A stretch of DNA of 64,000 nt from Escherichia coli (GTDB lineage: Bacteria > Pseudomonadota > Gammaproteobacteria > Enterobacterales > Enterobacteriaceae), in assembly GCF_024223415.1 (NCBI RefSeq), contig NZ_CP100500.1; one strand, 5' to 3'. Of this stretch, positions 1-10,321 are shown piece after piece; the first letter of the stretch is position 1, and every line of letters begins with the position of its first letter. The position numbers and the translations under genes were made by a program. The notes under the pieces are model-generated. The model worked only from the letters and a program-made list of their open reading frames with translations. It did not search any database and was not told the DNA's origin.

Positions 1-329
1 ATGAGCCAGCGGGGATTGTTCACCGTGGTGAATTTGTCTTCACGAAGGAGGCAACCAGCCGGATTGGCGTGGGGAATCTCTACCGGCTGATGCGCGGCTA
101 TGCCACTGGTGGTTATGTCGGTGGCACCGGAAGTCCGGCGCAGATGCGGCGGGCTGAAGGCATTAATTTTAATCAGAACAATCACGTGGTGATTCAGAAC
201 GACGGTACGAATGGTCTGCCAGGTCCACAGATGATGAAGGCAGTGTATGACATGGCCCGCAAGGGTGCCCGTGATGAAATTCAGGCACAGATGCGCGATG
301 GTGGTCTGTTCTCCGGAGGTGGACGATGA
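1..329 (+). CDS. Tail tape measure protein H, C-terminal fragment (5' end outside window)
   Basis: Open frame runs from the window edge to TGA at 327-329; the stop overlaps the M start (ATGA); position matches lambda H upstream of M. Confidence 0.7.
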   Translation, partial: EPAGIVHRGEFVFTKEATSRIGVGNLYRLMRGYATGGYVGGTGSPAQMRRAEGINFNQNNHVVIQNDGTNGLPGPQMMKAVYDMARKGARDEIQAQMRDGGLFSGGGR

Positions 330-655
330 AGACCTTCCGCTGGAAAGTGAAACCCGGTATGGATGTGGCTTCGGCCCCTTCCGTCAGGAAAGTGCGCTTT
401 GGTGATGGCTATTCCCAGCGAGCGCCTGCCGGGCTGAATGCCGACCTGAAAACGTACAGCGTGACGCTTTCTGTCCCCCGTGAGGAGGCCACGGCGCTGG
501 AGTCGTTTCTGGCTGAGCACGGGGGCTGGAAGGCCTTTCTGTGGACGCCGCCTTATGAGTGGCGGCAGATAAAGGTGACCTGCGCAAAATGGTCGTCGCG
601 GGTCAGTATGCTGCGTGTTGAGTTCAGCGCAGAGTTTGAACAGGTGGTGAACTGA
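326..655 (+). CDS. Minor tail protein M
   Basis: 109 aa, the same length as lambda M; start overlaps H stop; immediately precedes L. Confidence 0.88.
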   Translation: MKTFRWKVKPGMDVASAPSVRKVRFGDGYSQRAPAGLNADLKTYSVTLSVPREEATALESFLAEHGGWKAFLWTPPYEWRQIKVTCAKWSSRVSMLRVEFSAEFEQVVN

Positions 656-1353
656 TGCAGGATATCCGGCAGGAAACACTGAATGAATGCACCCGTGCGG
701 AGCAGTCGGCCAGCGTGGTGCTCTGGGAAATCGATCTGACAGAGGTCGGTGGCGAACGTTATTTTTTCTGTAATGAGCAGAACGAAAAAGGTGAGCCGGT
801 CACCTGGCAGGAGCGGCAGTATCAGCCGTATCCCATTCAGGGGAGTGGTTTTGAACTGAATGGCAAAGGCACCAGTACGCGCCCCACGCTGACGGTTTCT
901 AACCTGTACGGTATGGTCACCGGTATGGTGGAAGATATGCAGAGTCTGGTCGGCGGAACGGTGGTCCGGCGTAAAGTTTATGCCCGTTTTCTGGATGCGG
1001 TGAACTTCGTCAACGGAAACAGTGACGCCGATCCGGAGCAGGAGGTTATCAGCCGCTGGCGCATCGAGCAGTGCAGTGATTTGACAGCGGTCAGCGCGAC
1101 CTTTGTACTGGCCACGCCGACGGAAACGGACGGCGCTGTTTTTCCGGGACGTATTATGCTGGCCAACACCTGCACCTGGACCTATCGCGGTGACGAGTGC
1201 GGTTATAGCGGTCCGGCGGTCGCGGATGAATATGATCAGCCGACGTCCGATATCACGAAGGATAAATGCAGCAAATGCCTGAGCGGCTGTAAGTTTCGCA
1301 ATAACGTCGGCAACTTTGGCGGCTTCCTTTCCATTCACAAACTTTCGCAGTAA
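655..1353 (+). CDS. Minor tail protein L
   Basis: 232 aa as in lambda L; conserved Cys-rich C-terminus (CTWTYRGDECGY, CSKCLSGC); start overlaps M stop. Confidence 0.9.
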   Translation: MQDIRQETLNECTRAEQSASVVLWEIDLTEVGGERYFFCNEQNEKGEPVTWQERQYQPYPIQGSGFELNGKGTSTRPTLTVSNLYGMVTGMVEDMQSLVGGTVVRRKVYARFLDAVNFVNGNSDADPEQEVISRWRIEQCSDLTAVSATFVLATPTETDGAVFPGRIMLANTCTWTYRGDECGYSGPAVADEYDQPTSDITKDKCSKCLSGCKFRNNVGNFGGFLSIHKLSQ

Positions 1354-1357
1354 TTCC

Positions 1358-2101
1358 ATGACAGAGACAGAATCAGCGATTCTGGCGCACGCCCGGCGAT
1401 GTGCGCCAGCGGAGTCGTGCGGCTTCGTGGTGAGAGCGCCGGAGGGGGAAAGATATTTCCCCTGCGTGAATATCTCCGGTGAGCCGGAGGCGTATTTCCG
1501 GATGTCGCCGGAGGACTGGCTGCAGGCAGAGATGCAGGGTGAGATTGTGGCGCTGGTCCACAGTCACCCCGGTGGTCTGCCCTGGCTGAGTGAGGCCGAC
1601 CGGCGGCTGCAGGTGCAGAGTGATTTGCCGTGGTGGCTGGTCTGCCGGGGGGCGATTCACAAGTTCCGCTGTGTGCCGCATCTCACCGGGCGGTGCTTTG
1701 AGCACGGGGTGACGGACTGTTACACGCTGTTCCGGGATGCTTACCATCTGGCGGGAATTGAGATGCCGGATTTTCATCGCGGGGATGACTGGTGGCGTAA
1801 CGGTCAGAATCTCTATCTTGACAATATGGAGGCGACTGGTTTTTACCGTGTCGCACTGACAGAGGCGCAGCCCGGCGACGTGCTGCTGTGCTGTTTTGGT
1901 TCATCGGTGCCGAATCATGCCGCCATTTACTGCGGCGACGGCGGGCTGCTGCACCATATTCCTGAACAACTGAGCAAACGAGAGAGGTATACCGACAAAT
2001 GGCAGCGACGCACACACTCCCTCTGGCGTCACCGGGCATGGCACGCATCTGCCTTTACGGGGATTTGCAACGATTTGGCCGCCGCATCGACCTTCGTGTG
2101 A
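1358..2101 (+). CDS. Tail assembly protein K (MPN/JAB plus NlpC/P60-like)
   Basis: Frame open 1316-2101; ATG at 1358 lies 4 nt after the L stop (MTETESAILAHARR...); HSHP motif and Cys/His residues typical of the lambda K family. Start and exact length uncertain. Confidence 0.8.
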   Translation: MTETESAILAHARRCAPAESCGFVVRAPEGERYFPCVNISGEPEAYFRMSPEDWLQAEMQGEIVALVHSHPGGLPWLSEADRRLQVQSDLPWWLVCRGAIHKFRCVPHLTGRCFEHGVTDCYTLFRDAYHLAGIEMPDFHRGDDWWRNGQNLYLDNMEATGFYRVALTEAQPGDVLLCCFGSSVPNHAAIYCGDGGLLHHIPEQLSKRERYTDKWQRRTHSLWRHRAWHASAFTGICNDLAAASTFV

Positions 2102-2646
2102 AAACGGGAGCCGAAGCCATCCGGGCGCTGGCCACGCAGCTCCCTGCGTTTCGTCAGAAACTGAGCGACGGCTGGTATCAGGTGCGTATTGCCGGGCGTG
2201 ATACAGGCGAAAACGAATTATCAGCCCGTCTTAATGAACCGCTGGCAAATGGTGCCGTGATCCACATCGTGCCGCGTCTGGCGGGAGCCAAACGTGGTGG
2301 TGTGTTTCAGGCAGTGCTGGGCGCGGCGCTGATTGCGGTGGCATGGTGGAACCCTGCAGGCTGGCTGGGGGCTGCGGCTTTATCGGGCATGTATGCGGCA
2401 GGGGCCAGTATGGTGCTCGGTGGTGTGGCGCAGATGCTGGCACCGAAAGCCAGAATGCCCGGAGTATCAGCCACGGATAACGGCAAACAGAACACCTATT
2501 TCTCCTCACTGGAAAACATGGTTGCCCAGGGGAATGCTCTGCCCGTTCTGTACGGTGAAATGCGCGTGGGGTCACGGGTAATTTCGCAGGAGATCAGCAC
2601 AGCGGATGAGGGGGATGGCGTCCGGGTTGTGGTGATTGGTCGCTGA
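1999..2646 (+). CDS. Tail assembly protein I
   Basis: 215 aa; N-terminus MAATHTLPLASPGMARICLYGD and C-terminus matching the lambda I family; overlaps the K 3' end as in lambda. Confidence 0.85.
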   Translation: MAATHTLPLASPGMARICLYGDLQRFGRRIDLRVKTGAEAIRALATQLPAFRQKLSDGWYQVRIAGRDTGENELSARLNEPLANGAVIHIVPRLAGAKRGGVFQAVLGAALIAVAWWNPAGWLGAAALSGMYAAGASMVLGGVAQMLAPKARMPGVSATDNGKQNTYFSSLENMVAQGNALPVLYGEMRVGSRVISQEISTADEGDGVRVVVIGR

Positions 2647-2706
2647 TGAAAAACGTTTTATGTGAAACCGCCTCCGGGCGGTTTTGTCGTTTATGGAGCG
2701 TGAGGA

Positions 2707-5700
2707 ATGGGTAAAGGCAGCAGTAAGGGGCATACCCCGCGCGAAGCGAAGGACAACCTGAAGTCCACGCAGTTGCTGAGTGTGATCGATGTCATCAGCG
2801 AAGGGCCGATACAAGGACCGGTGGATGGATTAAAAAGCGTGCTGCTGAACGGTACGCCGGTGCTGGACAGTGAGGGGAATACCAATATATCCGGCGTCAC
2901 GGTGGTATTCCGGGCCGGTGAGCAGGAGCAGACGCCGCCGGAGGGATTTGAATCCTCCGGCTCCGAGACGGTGCTGGGTACGGAAGTGAAGTACGACACG
3001 CCGATTACCCGGACCATCACGTCGGCAAACATCGACCGTCTGCGCCTGACCTTCGGTGTGCAGGCACTGGTGGAAACCACCTCAAAGGGGGACCGGAATC
3101 CGTCGGAAGTCCGCCTGCTGGTTCAGATACAGCGTAACGGTCGCTGGTTAACGGAAAAAGACATCACCATTAAGGGAAAAACCACTTCACAGTATCTGGC
3201 TTCGGTGGTGGTGGATAACCTGCCGCCGCGCCCGTTCAGTATCCGGATGCGCAGGATGACACCGGACAGCACCACAGACCAGCTGCAGAACAAAACGCTC
3301 TGGTCGTCATACACCGAAATCATCGATGTGAAACAGTGCTACCCGAACACGGCACTGGTCGGTGTGCAGGTGGATTCGGAGGAGTTCGGCAGCCAGCAGG
3401 TGAGCCGTAATTATCATTTTCGCGGGCGCATTCTGCAGGTGCCGTCGAACTATAACCCGCAGACGCGGCAATACAGCGGTATCTGGGACGGAACGTTTAA
3501 ACCGGCATACAGCGATAACCCGGCCTGGTGTCTGTGGGATATGCTGACCCACCCGCGCTACGGCATGGGGAAACGTGTTGGCGCAGCGGATGTGGACAAA
3601 TGGGCGCTGTATGTCATCGGCCAGTACTGCGACCAGTCGGTGCCGGACGGCTCTGGTGGCACGGAGCCGCGCATCACCTGTAATGCCTGGCTGACCAGGC
3701 AGCGTAAGGCGTGGGATGTGCTCAGTGATTTCTGCTCGGCGATGCGCTGTATGCCGGTATGGAACGGGCAGACGCTGACGTTCGTGCAGGACCGACCGTC
3801 GGATAAGGTGTGGACCTATAACCGCAGTAATGTGGTGATGCCGGATGATGGCGCGCCGTTCCGCTACAGCTTCAGCGCCCTGAAGGACCGCCATAATGCC
3901 GTTGAGGTGAACTGGAGTGACCCGGATAACGGCCAGGAGACGGCGACAGAGCTTGTGGAGGACACGCAGGCCATTGCCCGTTACGGTCGTAACGTCACGA
4001 AGATGGATGCCTTTGGCTGTACCAGCCGGGGGCAGGCACACCGCGCCGGGCTGTGGCTGATTAAAACAGAACTGCTGGAGACGCAGACCGTGGATTTCAG
4101 CGTGGGTGCTGAAGGGCTTCGCCATGTACCGGGCGATGTCATTGAAATCTGTGATGATGACTATGCCGGTATCAGCACCGGTGGTCGTGTGCTGGCGGTG
4201 AACAGCCAGACCCGGACGCTGACGCTCGACCGTGAAATCACGCTGCCATCCTCCGGTACCACGCTGATAAGTCTGGTTGACGGAAGTGGCAATCCGGTCA
4301 GCGTGGAGGTTCAGTCCGTCACCGACGGCGTGAAGGTAAAAGTGAGCCGGGTTCCTGACGGCGTTGCCGAGTACAGCGTGTGGGGGCTGAAGCTGCCGAC
4401 GCTGCGCCAGCGCCTGTTCCGCTGCGTGAGTATCCGTGAGAACGACGACGGCACGTATGCCATCACTGCCGTGCAGCATGTACCGGAAAAAGAGGCCATC
4501 GTGGATAACGGGGCGCACTTTGACGGCGACCAGAGCGGAACGGTGAATGGTGTCACGCCGCCAGCGGTGCAGCACCTGACCGCAGAAGTCACCGCAGACA
4601 GCGGGGAATATCAGGTGCTGGCGCGCTGGGACACGCCGAAGGTGGTGAAGGGCGTGAGCTTCCTGCTTCGCCTGACCGTGGCCGCGGATGACGGCAGTGA
4701 GCGGCTGGTCAGCACGGCCCGGACGACGGAAACCACATACCGCTTCAGGCAGCTGGCGCCGGGGAACTACAGGCTGACAGTCCGGGCAGTAAATTCCCGG
4801 GGGCAGCAGGGAGACCCGGCGTCGGTATCGTTCCGGATTGCCGCACCGGCAGCGCCGTCGCGGATTGAGCTGACGCCGGGCTATTTTCAGATAACCGCCA
4901 CGCCGCATCTTGCCGTTTATGATCCGACGGTACAGTTTGAGTTCTGGTTTTCGGAAAAGCGGATTACCGATATCAGGCAGGTTGAAACCACAGCCCGTTA
5001 TCTTGGTACCGGAAGTCAGTGGCTTGTCTCCGGCCAGAATATTAAACCTGGCCATGATTATTACTTTTATATCCGCAGTGTTAACACTGTCGGTAAATCG
5101 GCATTCGTGGAGGCAGTCGGTCGGGCGAGTAATGATCCTGCCGGTTACCTTAATTTTTTCAGGGGGGCGATAAATAAAACGCATCTGGGACGGGAGATCA
5201 ATGAACGCATTGATGCCTCTGCACTGCGCACTGAAGTTGAGCAACTGGAGAATGAGATTAACCGCGAAATGACGCAGCTGGAGAAAGATGTGAGGCAGCG
5301 TGCGGAGCGTGATATCGCCGAGGTGACGAAAAAAATCACGGCGTCTGAAAACAGCATAACGGAACTGGTGGCGAAAAAGAGCGGTGAACAGTCGCTGGCC
5401 ATTGCGAAAGTCGACAGGAAAGTTGACAGCGTGAGCAGTGAAATCCGGCAGACAGTGAGCAGGAGCACGGAGGAGAACAGCCGACAGATAGCGCAGGTCA
5501 GGCAGTATGTTGATGATAAAAGTGCGCAAATAAGTACTGTTGTGGCGAAAAAGAGCGCTGAACAGTCAATGGCCATTGCGGAAGTTGACAGAAAAGTTGA
5601 CAGGATGGGAAGCGAAATCCGGCAGACAGTAAGCAGGAGCACGGAGGAGAACAGCCGACAGATAGCGCAGATCAGACAGTATGTTGATGATAAGGGAAGT

Positions 5701-6216
5701 CAGATCAAACAGAGCACGGATAAAAAACTGGGATCCTGGAATGCCAGCATTGAGCAGATACAGAAAGTTCAGGAGGACACGCGCCGGAACCTGAACAGCA
5801 TGTGGGCTGTGAAGCTGCAGCAGACACGGGATGGACGTCTCTATATTGCAGGTATTGGTGCCGGAATCGAAAATACGTCTGACGGAATTCAGAGTCAGAT
5901 CCTGATGCAGGCAGATCGTATTGCGATGATTAACCCGGAAAATGGCAATACAACACCTTTGTTTGTGGCTCAGGGTGATCAGCTGTTCATGAATGATGTT
6001 TTCATGAAAAAACTGACCGTGGATTTTGCCAGAGTGACGGGAGATATCCGGTCAGATAATTTTCATTCCGGTAGTCCGGGGTGGCGTTTATCAAGAAACG
6101 GCAGCCTTGAAATTAACTCAGGAAGGCCCGGCGCAGGCCGCCTGTTTTTCAATGGCGAGCGAATCGACGTATATGACGATAACAATGTGTTAAGAGTACG
6201 ACTGGGGAGACTGTAA
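2707..6216 (+). CDS. Host specificity / central tail fiber protein J, with divergent C-terminal part
   Basis: 1169 aa; SD GAGG before ATG 2707; conserved J blocks incl. [11 protein letters not shown] and [14 protein letters not shown]; long coiled-coil repeat region and short C-terminus that differ from lambda J as I remember it. Confidence 0.9.
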   Translation: MGKGSSKGHTPREAKDNLKSTQLLSVIDVISEGPIQGPVDGLKSVLLNGTPVLDSEGNTNISGVTVVFRAGEQEQTPPEGFESSGSETVLGTEVKYDTPITRTITSANIDRLRLTFGVQALVETTSKGDRNPSEVRLLVQIQRNGRWLTEKDITIKGKTTSQYLASVVVDNLPPRPFSIRMRRMTPDSTTDQLQNKTLWSSYTEIIDVKQCYPNTALVGVQVDSEEFGSQQVSRNYHFRGRILQVPSNYNPQTRQYSGIWDGTFKPAYSDNPAWCLWDMLTHPRYGMGKRVGAADVDKWALYVIGQYCDQSVPDGSGGTEPRITCNAWLTRQRKAWDVLSDFCSAMRCMPVWNGQTLTFVQDRPSDKVWTYNRSNVVMPDDGAPFRYSFSALKDRHNAVEVNWSDPDNGQETATELVEDTQAIARYGRNVTKMDAFGCTSRGQAHRAGLWLIKTELLETQTVDFSVGAEGLRHVPGDVIEICDDDYAGISTGGRVLAVNSQTRTLTLDREITLPSSGTTLISLVDGSGNPVSVEVQSVTDGVKVKVSRVPDGVAEYSVWGLKLPTLRQRLFRCVSIRENDDGTYAITAVQHVPEKEAIVDNGAHFDGDQSGTVNGVTPPAVQHLTAEVTADSGEYQVLARWDTPKVVKGVSFLLRLTVAADDGSERLVSTARTTETTYRFRQLAPGNYRLTVRAVNSRGQQGDPASVSFRIAAPAAPSRIELTPGYFQITATPHLAVYDPTVQFEFWFSEKRITDIRQVETTARYLGTGSQWLVSGQNIKPGHDYYFYIRSVNTVGKSAFVEAVGRASNDPAGYLNFFRGAINKTHLGREINERIDASALRTEVEQLENEINREMTQLEKDVRQRAERDIAEVTKKITASENSITELVAKKSGEQSLAIAKVDRKVDSVSSEIRQTVSRSTEENSRQIAQVRQYVDDKSAQISTVVAKKSAEQSMAIAEVDRKVDRMGSEIRQTVSRSTEENSRQIAQIRQYVDDKGSQIKQSTDKKLGSWNASIEQIQKVQEDTRRNLNSMWAVKLQQTRDGRLYIAGIGAGIENTSDGIQSQILMQADRIAMINPENGNTTPLFVAQGDQLFMNDVFMKKLTVDFARVTGDIRSDNFHSGSPGWRLSRNGSLEINSGRPGAGRLFFNGERIDVYDDNNVLRVRLGRL
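5368..5715 (+). repeat. Tandem ~174-bp (58 aa) near-identical repeat inside the J coiled-coil region
   Basis: Peptide [51 protein letters not shown] repeated with few substitutions; visible at nucleotide level. Confidence 0.8.
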
Positions 6217-6476
6217 TGTTCGGAGTCCGGGTATGGCGCAAAGGGCGCCTTGTGACACATGAAATAAACCCAACAGGGGTGCTGGATGTGATCACTGAAG
6301 GGACGGGGCAGCGTTCTTATACTCCTTTGCAGGGCTGGCGTCTGGAAGTCTGTTCACCGGCCATTCTGATTAACGGTCAGGGAAGTCATACCAGTGCCAG
6401 TGTATCCGGCTGGACAGTGCACTATGCCAACACAAGCTGGCTAAGACCCGTGCTGGTCATGATAAGGGGGATCTGA
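6216..6476 (+). CDS. Hypothetical protein (86 aa), translationally coupled to J
   Basis: ATG overlaps J stop (TAATG); no signal peptide; no motif I recognise. Confidence 0.45.
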   Translation: MFGVRVWRKGRLVTHEINPTGVLDVITEGTGQRSYTPLQGWRLEVCSPAILINGQGSHTSASVSGWTVHYANTSWLRPVLVMIRGI

Positions 6477-7138
6477 TGTTTGCACTTAAATTAACTGATG
6501 AGCGGGGGAGAGAATGGATATCACCTGTTGCGCCGCCACTGAACCTTGTGCGCCGTTTTCATTTCACACTGAGTGCGCGTGATGCGGTGATGCAGTTTAT
6601 CGACACCGGGGTGCCGACGAATTATCGTTGCGTGATTTTTATTAAACAGATAAGCGGTAATCAGTCCTTCCATGGTGAAATGGTTCAGCTTAACGGTACC
6701 TGGCAGTATGACATTTTCAGCGCTGGTACAGGGCAGGAGCCGGGCATGGAACAGGACAGCACATATGTTGTTTATGTTTTTGCCAACATGGTGAATGTAT
6801 GGCCGCAATGGGGAATACAGTTGTGCGACAGTCATGGCAGGGTGGTCTGGAACACGGAAATGCTGCCACTGGAAGTAAAAATGACGCGAATATGGGAAAA
6901 GGATGTACCGATCAGTGTGGGACATGATGTGGCCGTAATGCCGGGGTGTACCCAGTGGACGACAGTTCAGGAAGGGGAGAGTTATTACTGGTATACCGCC
7001 AGTTTTAATGCCAGAAACTCACAGTTATGGCGTCAGTCAACTTTTGCTGAAGATAACGTAGCGGCGCCCAATGATAATTCAGGTGTTGTTAATAACCTCT
7101 GTTATTACATAAATGCAGAAATTTATGATGCGTACTGA
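6476..7138 (+). CDS. Hypothetical protein (220 aa), coupled to the preceding ORF; possible tail-tip or receptor-recognition accessory
   Basis: ATG overlaps upstream stop (TGATG); Trp/Tyr-rich sequence; no signal peptide; sits where lambda has lom. Confidence 0.5.
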   Translation: MFALKLTDERGREWISPVAPPLNLVRRFHFTLSARDAVMQFIDTGVPTNYRCVIFIKQISGNQSFHGEMVQLNGTWQYDIFSAGTGQEPGMEQDSTYVVYVFANMVNVWPQWGIQLCDSHGRVVWNTEMLPLEVKMTRIWEKDVPISVGHDVAVMPGCTQWTTVQEGESYYWYTASFNARNSQLWRQSTFAEDNVAAPNDNSGVVNNLCYYINAEIYDAY

Positions 7139-7159
7139 TAGTTATGTTGAGGGCATGTA

Positions 7160-7405
7160 ATGAAAATAATCGTCTGCACTTTTTTGCTGTTTCTTGTATC
7201 AGGTTGCGCGGGGTACCGTTCAGTTACGGAGAGAGTCCGGTGCACCGGTGTGCTGAGTCCCGGGGTTTTACAGCGAGCTTATACGGTAGATCTTACAGGG
7301 AAAATAGAAACGAAAAGCGGCACTGTGTATAAAGTATCAGCTCCGAGATTTTATGGTCAGTGGGTGAGTGAAGATATGTTTACGAAAGTTTCGTGCGTGA
7401 AGTAA
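7160..7405 (+). CDS. Small lipoprotein (81 aa), possibly Cor-like superinfection exclusion protein
   Basis: Signal peptide with lipobox LVSGC; own SD (GAGG) and downstream terminator; size and post-J position resemble cor of FhuA-dependent lambdoid phages (from memory, not sequence-verified). Confidence 0.45.
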   Translation: MKIIVCTFLLFLVSGCAGYRSVTERVRCTGVLSPGVLQRAYTVDLTGKIETKSGTVYKVSAPRFYGQWVSEDMFTKVSCVK

Positions 7406-7440
7406 TCATAAAAACACCCGATTGTAAATGAATGACGACG

Positions 7441-7466
7441 CCCGCAATTTTGCGGGATTATTTTTT
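7441..7466 (+). terminator. Rho-independent terminator after the lipoprotein gene
   Basis: Hairpin cccgcaattttgcggg followed by a T-run. Confidence 0.55.
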
Positions 7467-7477
7467 ATGGAGCGAGT

Positions 7478-9292
7478 ATGGCGGCTGTAAAAATTTCAGG
7501 CGTGCTGAGGGACGGAACCGGAAAACCGGTACCGGGATGCATTATTGAGCTGAAAGCGAAGAGAACCAGCGAGACAGTCATCGCCACGACAGTGGCTTAT
7601 GGCATGCCGGAAGAGACGGGGAGTTACAGTATGGATGTGGAGCCAGGAATATACAGGGTGACACTCAATACAGAAGGTTACCGTCCTTCGTATGTGGGAG
7701 ATATCGTGGTCAGGGAGGATTCTTCACCGGGAACACTGAATAAATTTCTGATGGAGATGGAAGATGCTCCTTATTATCCGAAGGCGTTGTCAGAGCTGGA
7801 GGCTGTGGTGCAGTCCATACTGCACAGAGCAGAGTCCGCGGCATCTGAGGCGGAGGAAGCCCGGAAACGAGCAGCATCTGCCCGGGGACCACGAGGAGAG
7901 AAAGGGGATACCGGCGCTCGTGGTGAAAGAGGCATTACCGGGCCACAGGGGCCAAAAGGTGAAACAGGAGCACGTGGCCCGGCAGGACCACAGGGACCAA
8001 AAGGTGAAACAGGTGAACGCGGTCCGGCAGGTCCACAGGGACTAAAGGGCGATACAGGTGAACGCGGCCCGGCAGGTCCACAGGGACCAAAGGGTGAAAC
8101 AGGTGCACGCGGCCCGGCAGGTCCACAGGGAGCAAAGGGCGAAACAGGTGAACGCGGCCCGGCAGGTCCACAGGGAGCAAAGGGCGAAACAGGTGCACGT
8201 GGTCCGGAAGGCCCTCAGGGTCTGAAGGGAGAAAAGGGTGAGCGAGGAGAAAAAGGCCCTAAGGGGGATAAAGGAGATCCGGGAGGTCCACAGGGACCAA
8301 AGGGGGATACAGGTGAACGCGGCCCGGCAGGTCCACAGGGATCAAAGGGCGATACAGGTGAACGTGGCCCGGCAGGTCCTCAGGGACCAAAGGGGGATAC
8401 AGGTGAACGTGGCCCGGAAGGTCCACAGGGAGCAAAGGGTGAAACAGGTGAACGCGGCCCGGCAGGACCACAGGGACCAAAAGGTGAAACAGGTGAACGC
8501 GGTCCGACAGGTCCACAGGGAGCAAAAGGTGAAACAGGAGCACGCGGTCCGGCAGGTCCTCAGGGACCAAGAGGAGAGTCAGCCCGTGGACAACTGCTGA
8601 ATGGTGATCTGAACCGACTGGGACGAGTGACCGATCAGGGTGATTATTATCAGCCATCAGACAGTGGGGCTACACGAGAAAATAATTATCCGATTCAGAG
8701 AGCGGGTTATCTTCAGGTAAGAGTTGGTGCATGGGGATATTGCCAGCATGAATATACAACCTGGAACCCACCACGAAAGTTCGTAAGAACTGTTACTGGT
8801 AATTTTACCGGTAATGGCCCCTGGTCTGAATGGAAAGAGCTGGGAGCCCAGGGGGAGCGTGGTCCACAGGGACCAAAAGGTGAAACAGGTGCACGCGGTC
8901 CGGCAGGTCCACAGGGACTAAAGGGCGAAACAGGTGCACGTGGCCTGGCAGGTCCTCGGGGGCCAAGAGGGTATACAGGTGAACGCGGCCCGGCAGGTCC
9001 ACAGGGGCCAAGAGGAGAAGCGGGGCGGCCAGCGAGCGTCGGAAGTGTTTATTCCGTGGGGTCTTATGTTCTGGGGATCATAGAACGAAATCATGAGATA
9101 ACAAATACCCGTCAAATACCCGGGTATCGTATCAGACAGGCCGTTATTGTGTCGTCGTCATCGGATAAACTTACAGATATCCGCTTTTTATTTGGCAATC
9201 CTATGCTTGGTACATGGATGTTATGCACAACTAACATGACGGTGAATAATATCAGTGGGACGATTTGGGGCCTGTTTCAGAGAATACTGTGA
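7478..9292 (+). CDS. Side tail fiber protein (Stf-like) with collagen-like Gly-X-Y repeats
   Basis: N-terminus [29 protein letters not shown] close to the lambda Stf N-terminus; about 240 aa of GPxGxxGxxG repeats plus a second shorter block. Confidence 0.85.
   Translation: MAAVKISGVLRDGTGKPVPGCIIELKAKRTSETVIATTVAYGMPEETGSYSMDVEPGIYRVTLNTEGYRPSYVGDIVVREDSSPGTLNKFLMEMEDAPYYPKALSELEAVVQSILHRAESAASEAEEARKRAASARGPRGEKGDTGARGERGITGPQGPKGETGARGPAGPQGPKGETGERGPAGPQGLKGDTGERGPAGPQGPKGETGARGPAGPQGAKGETGERGPAGPQGAKGETGARGPEGPQGLKGEKGERGEKGPKGDKGDPGGPQGPKGDTGERGPAGPQGSKGDTGERGPAGPQGPKGDTGERGPEGPQGAKGETGERGPAGPQGPKGETGERGPTGPQGAKGETGARGPAGPQGPRGESARGQLLNGDLNRLGRVTDQGDYYQPSDSGATRENNYPIQRAGYLQVRVGAWGYCQHEYTTWNPPRKFVRTVTGNFTGNGPWSEWKELGAQGERGPQGPKGETGARGPAGPQGLKGETGARGLAGPRGPRGYTGERGPAGPQGPRGEAGRPASVGSVYSVGSYVLGIIERNHEITNTRQIPGYRIRQAVIVSSSSDKLTDIRFLFGNPMLGTWMLCTTNMTVNNISGTIWGLFQRIL
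7853..8580 (+). repeat. Collagen-like Gly-X-Y triplet repeat array within stf (second block about 8828-9010)
   Basis: Repeated 9-nt and 27-nt units encoding G-P-Q-G-x-K-G-E-T; also produces spurious antisense ORFs. Confidence 0.85.
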
Positions 9293-9307
9293 CAGGGGGA
9301 GAAATGA

Positions 9308-9883
9308 ATGAAGGTCGATAAAATCACGTCACCAGTGTGGGCTGACAGGGGTCATACGACCATAAACTGTATAGTGAAGTTTTCAGACGCGGAAACAGAA
9401 TGTGTATTTACAGCAAGTGCGGATGATCCTGAGTCTTACGGTCGTGAAATATTTGAAGCCTGCATAAGAGGTGATGCAGGGCCGGTAGGTGAGTACCGGG
9501 CAAATGATGATATGGCTGTGGAAGAAGCACGCAGGATGAAAAACGCGGAGATAAATGCCTGGCGTGATGCGATGGAGGCGTCAGGGTATGTTTTTGAGCA
9601 CAGAGGACGGAAATGGGATTATGGAAAGGAAACCATGACACGTCTTGGAATGTCGGCATCAGCGGCCAGAGGCGGTGTGTTGCCGGAAGGATTTTTCTGG
9701 ACGGACGCAGAGAATAATGATGTACCGATGACGGCAGATGAACTGATATCCCTGAGTGATGCTGCTGGTAAAGCGATGTTCAGGAAAGGCCTTGAAATAC
9801 ATATAAGGCAAAGGGAGATGAAAAAGGCAATAGCAGAACTGAGTGACAGTGAAACCATTCTGGCGTACAGGGTTGGATGGTGA
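9308..9883 (+). CDS. Tail fiber assembly protein (Tfa-like chaperone)
   Basis: 191 aa directly after stf, with the size and position typical of lambdoid tfa; assignment is positional plus general family resemblance. Confidence 0.6.
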   Translation: MKVDKITSPVWADRGHTTINCIVKFSDAETECVFTASADDPESYGREIFEACIRGDAGPVGEYRANDDMAVEEARRMKNAEINAWRDAMEASGYVFEHRGRKWDYGKETMTRLGMSASAARGGVLPEGFFWTDAENNDVPMTADELISLSDAAGKAMFRKGLEIHIRQREMKKAIAELSDSETILAYRVGW

Positions 9884-9896
9884 AACTGATAAAAAA

Positions 9897-9925
9897 ACCC
9901 CTCTGAAAATTCTGTCAGAGGGGTG
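9897..9925. terminator. Stem-loop after tfa (A-tract upstream, weak U-tract downstream; may act bidirectionally)
   Basis: cccctctga-aaattc-tgtcagagggg inverted repeat. Confidence 0.4.
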
Positions 9926-10321
9926 TAGTCAATAAGGGAATAATATTCAACATGAAGATGTCTTCTGGGAATGTTTACATAGCAAATGCTTTCACTCCGG
10001 TAATTAATTTCTGTGATTAACTGCTTTCGATCAATAAAGGAATTGCAAAAAAGGTGAACTGATTCACAATTGAGTCTGTGATGAATGTAGACTGATGTAG
10101 GAAACGGTTATTCTGACAGCTATATCTGAATGCTCTGCTGACATATGGGGACAAGAACGCTCATATTGTTTTATCGGGGTGCATTTATCCTATAATTCCA
10201 TGTTAACTGTATTGATTGTTAAAATCAATGCAGTGGTGACTCTGAAAGGTATCCTGGAAAAGAATCTCGCCTGCTTATTCAGGGGGGGTTACAGTTTAAT
10301 CTTCTTAACAGGATATACCAT

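Noticed and set aside
553-1359. 268-aa minus-strand ORF
   Set aside because: Fully antisense to tail genes M and L, whose products match lambda proteins end to end; GC-rich antisense artefact.
3307-5529. 740-aa minus-strand ORF
   Set aside because: Entirely inside and antisense to J; Arg/Pro-rich low-complexity translation typical of antisense frames; no start context.
7935-8657. Minus-strand ORFs with repeated [15 protein letters not shown] units
   Set aside because: Antisense reading of the collagen-like Gly-X-Y repeats in stf.
7853-9010. Possible CRISPR array (regularly spaced repeats)
   Set aside because: Repeats are in-frame 9/27-nt collagen triplet units inside a coding sequence, not 28-37-bp direct repeats with unique spacers; no cas genes.
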